DNA from: Toensbergia leucococca
Taxonomy: Eukaryota
Direction of reading: 5' to 3'
Assembly: GCA_022813965.1 (NCBI GenBank)
Contig: JALDZS010000152.1
Location: forward strand, 1 to 59,795
DNA length: 59,795 nucleotides
Notes under the pieces: model-generated
What the model saw: the letters and a program-made list of their open reading frames with translations, nothing else
Database searches by the model: none
What the model was told of the DNA's origin: nothing
Program-made: the position numbers and the translations under genes
Shown: positions 59,061 through 59,795 of the stretch, one piece after another
Layout: each line of letters begins with the position of its first letter
Numbering within the stretch: the stretch's first letter is position 1

Positions 59061-59795
59061 CATGCTCACAGATTTGTGTGCAGCTGTCAGTGTGAATATC
59101 ATCATAATTCTGACTTCCTCACAGTAGTCCTTCATGACCTTATTATTAAAATGTGTCTTAATATTCAGATAAATAGTTACTGACCTTAAAAATCTTAAGA
59201 AAGTCCTTCTTAATGATGTTATCATTTCTCTGACTGAGGCTAATAAAAGTGATGATAATATCATGAACTTGAAAAAGTAGTTCACAATGTTAAGAACATA
59301 TTGATTTCAAGCTTTAGTAATATTGAACAGTTCTATGAAGTTCATACTCAGAAGATTAAATGATTTCATCACTGTGATCAGTTTTAAAGGTTGACTTCTC
59401 TGACTGTGTGCTTATTTAACACAGACTACACATCCTTTAATATAGTCCTTTATATCTTCTGCTATTTTCAGTCAGTATACACAGTATCTTAGCTTTTTAA
59501 GAATTATCTTCAAGGAAAAGTGACTCATTTTGTCATGTGTATCAGTCAGGATTGATAATATCTCCTCTCTAGTGATTGTGATTATTTATCAATCTTCAAG
59601 TCTGTGTAAAAGTTACCTCATAATAGCATTAAATCTATAGTTTTGTAGAGTTCTATGAAACGTTGCTATTATTGTCTTGTTCATGAGGTTCAGATTATAA
59701 TTCATGTAGTACATATAGATTTGTTAATATCATGATTCTGACAGATACAAATCTGAATTGAACTTATTAACTTTATCAAGTCTATTGAGGTTTCA

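Larger units (their letters stand above)
55212..59795 (-). mobile_element. Ty3/Gypsy-like retrotransposon relic (integrase region), runs off the window, interrupted by a nested element
   Basis: THDKMSHF...KGCSLC (HHCC zinc finger), NYFFKF (DYFSRF-like), AAHKSVSM|IERLNKIL joined across the nested insertion; possible 3' LTR at ~55212-55520. Confidence 0.7.

Overview
Left end of a chromosome from a filamentous ascomycete: (CCCTAA)n telomere at 1-22, short GT-AG introns throughout, and three AT-rich, RIP-like-mutated transposon blocks (~23-4250, ~39000-44300, ~49200-59795). The main feature is a subtelomeric secondary-metabolite cluster at ~4200-21571. Its core gene appears to be one spliced CDS (14060->5475, minus, ~2758 aa) in which a two-module reductive-release NRPS (C*-A-T-C-A-T-R) is fused in frame to a complete class-I DAHP synthase. 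The first A domain lacks the alpha-amino-binding Asp and the second has an acidic pocket. The cluster also has an SDR, a vesicular-amine-type MFS transporter, a 2OG-Fe(II) oxygenase, a stand-alone acetylglutamate-kinase-like protein with degenerate catalytic motifs, and a RIP-damaged ankyrin gene (possible regulator). Inferred product: shikimate-derived aryl acid + Orn/Arg-type residue, released reductively. Further right: amino-acid permease, an unmutated foldback-like non-coding element, SDR, Mcp1-like protein, F-box protein, a secreted deaminase-motif protein, a MACPF-like/jacalin-like protein, a Copia-disrupted gene, a frameshifted MFS pseudogene, a PTH11-like membrane protein, and nested hAT/LTR relics. 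All gene models were spliced by eye; no database searches were run.
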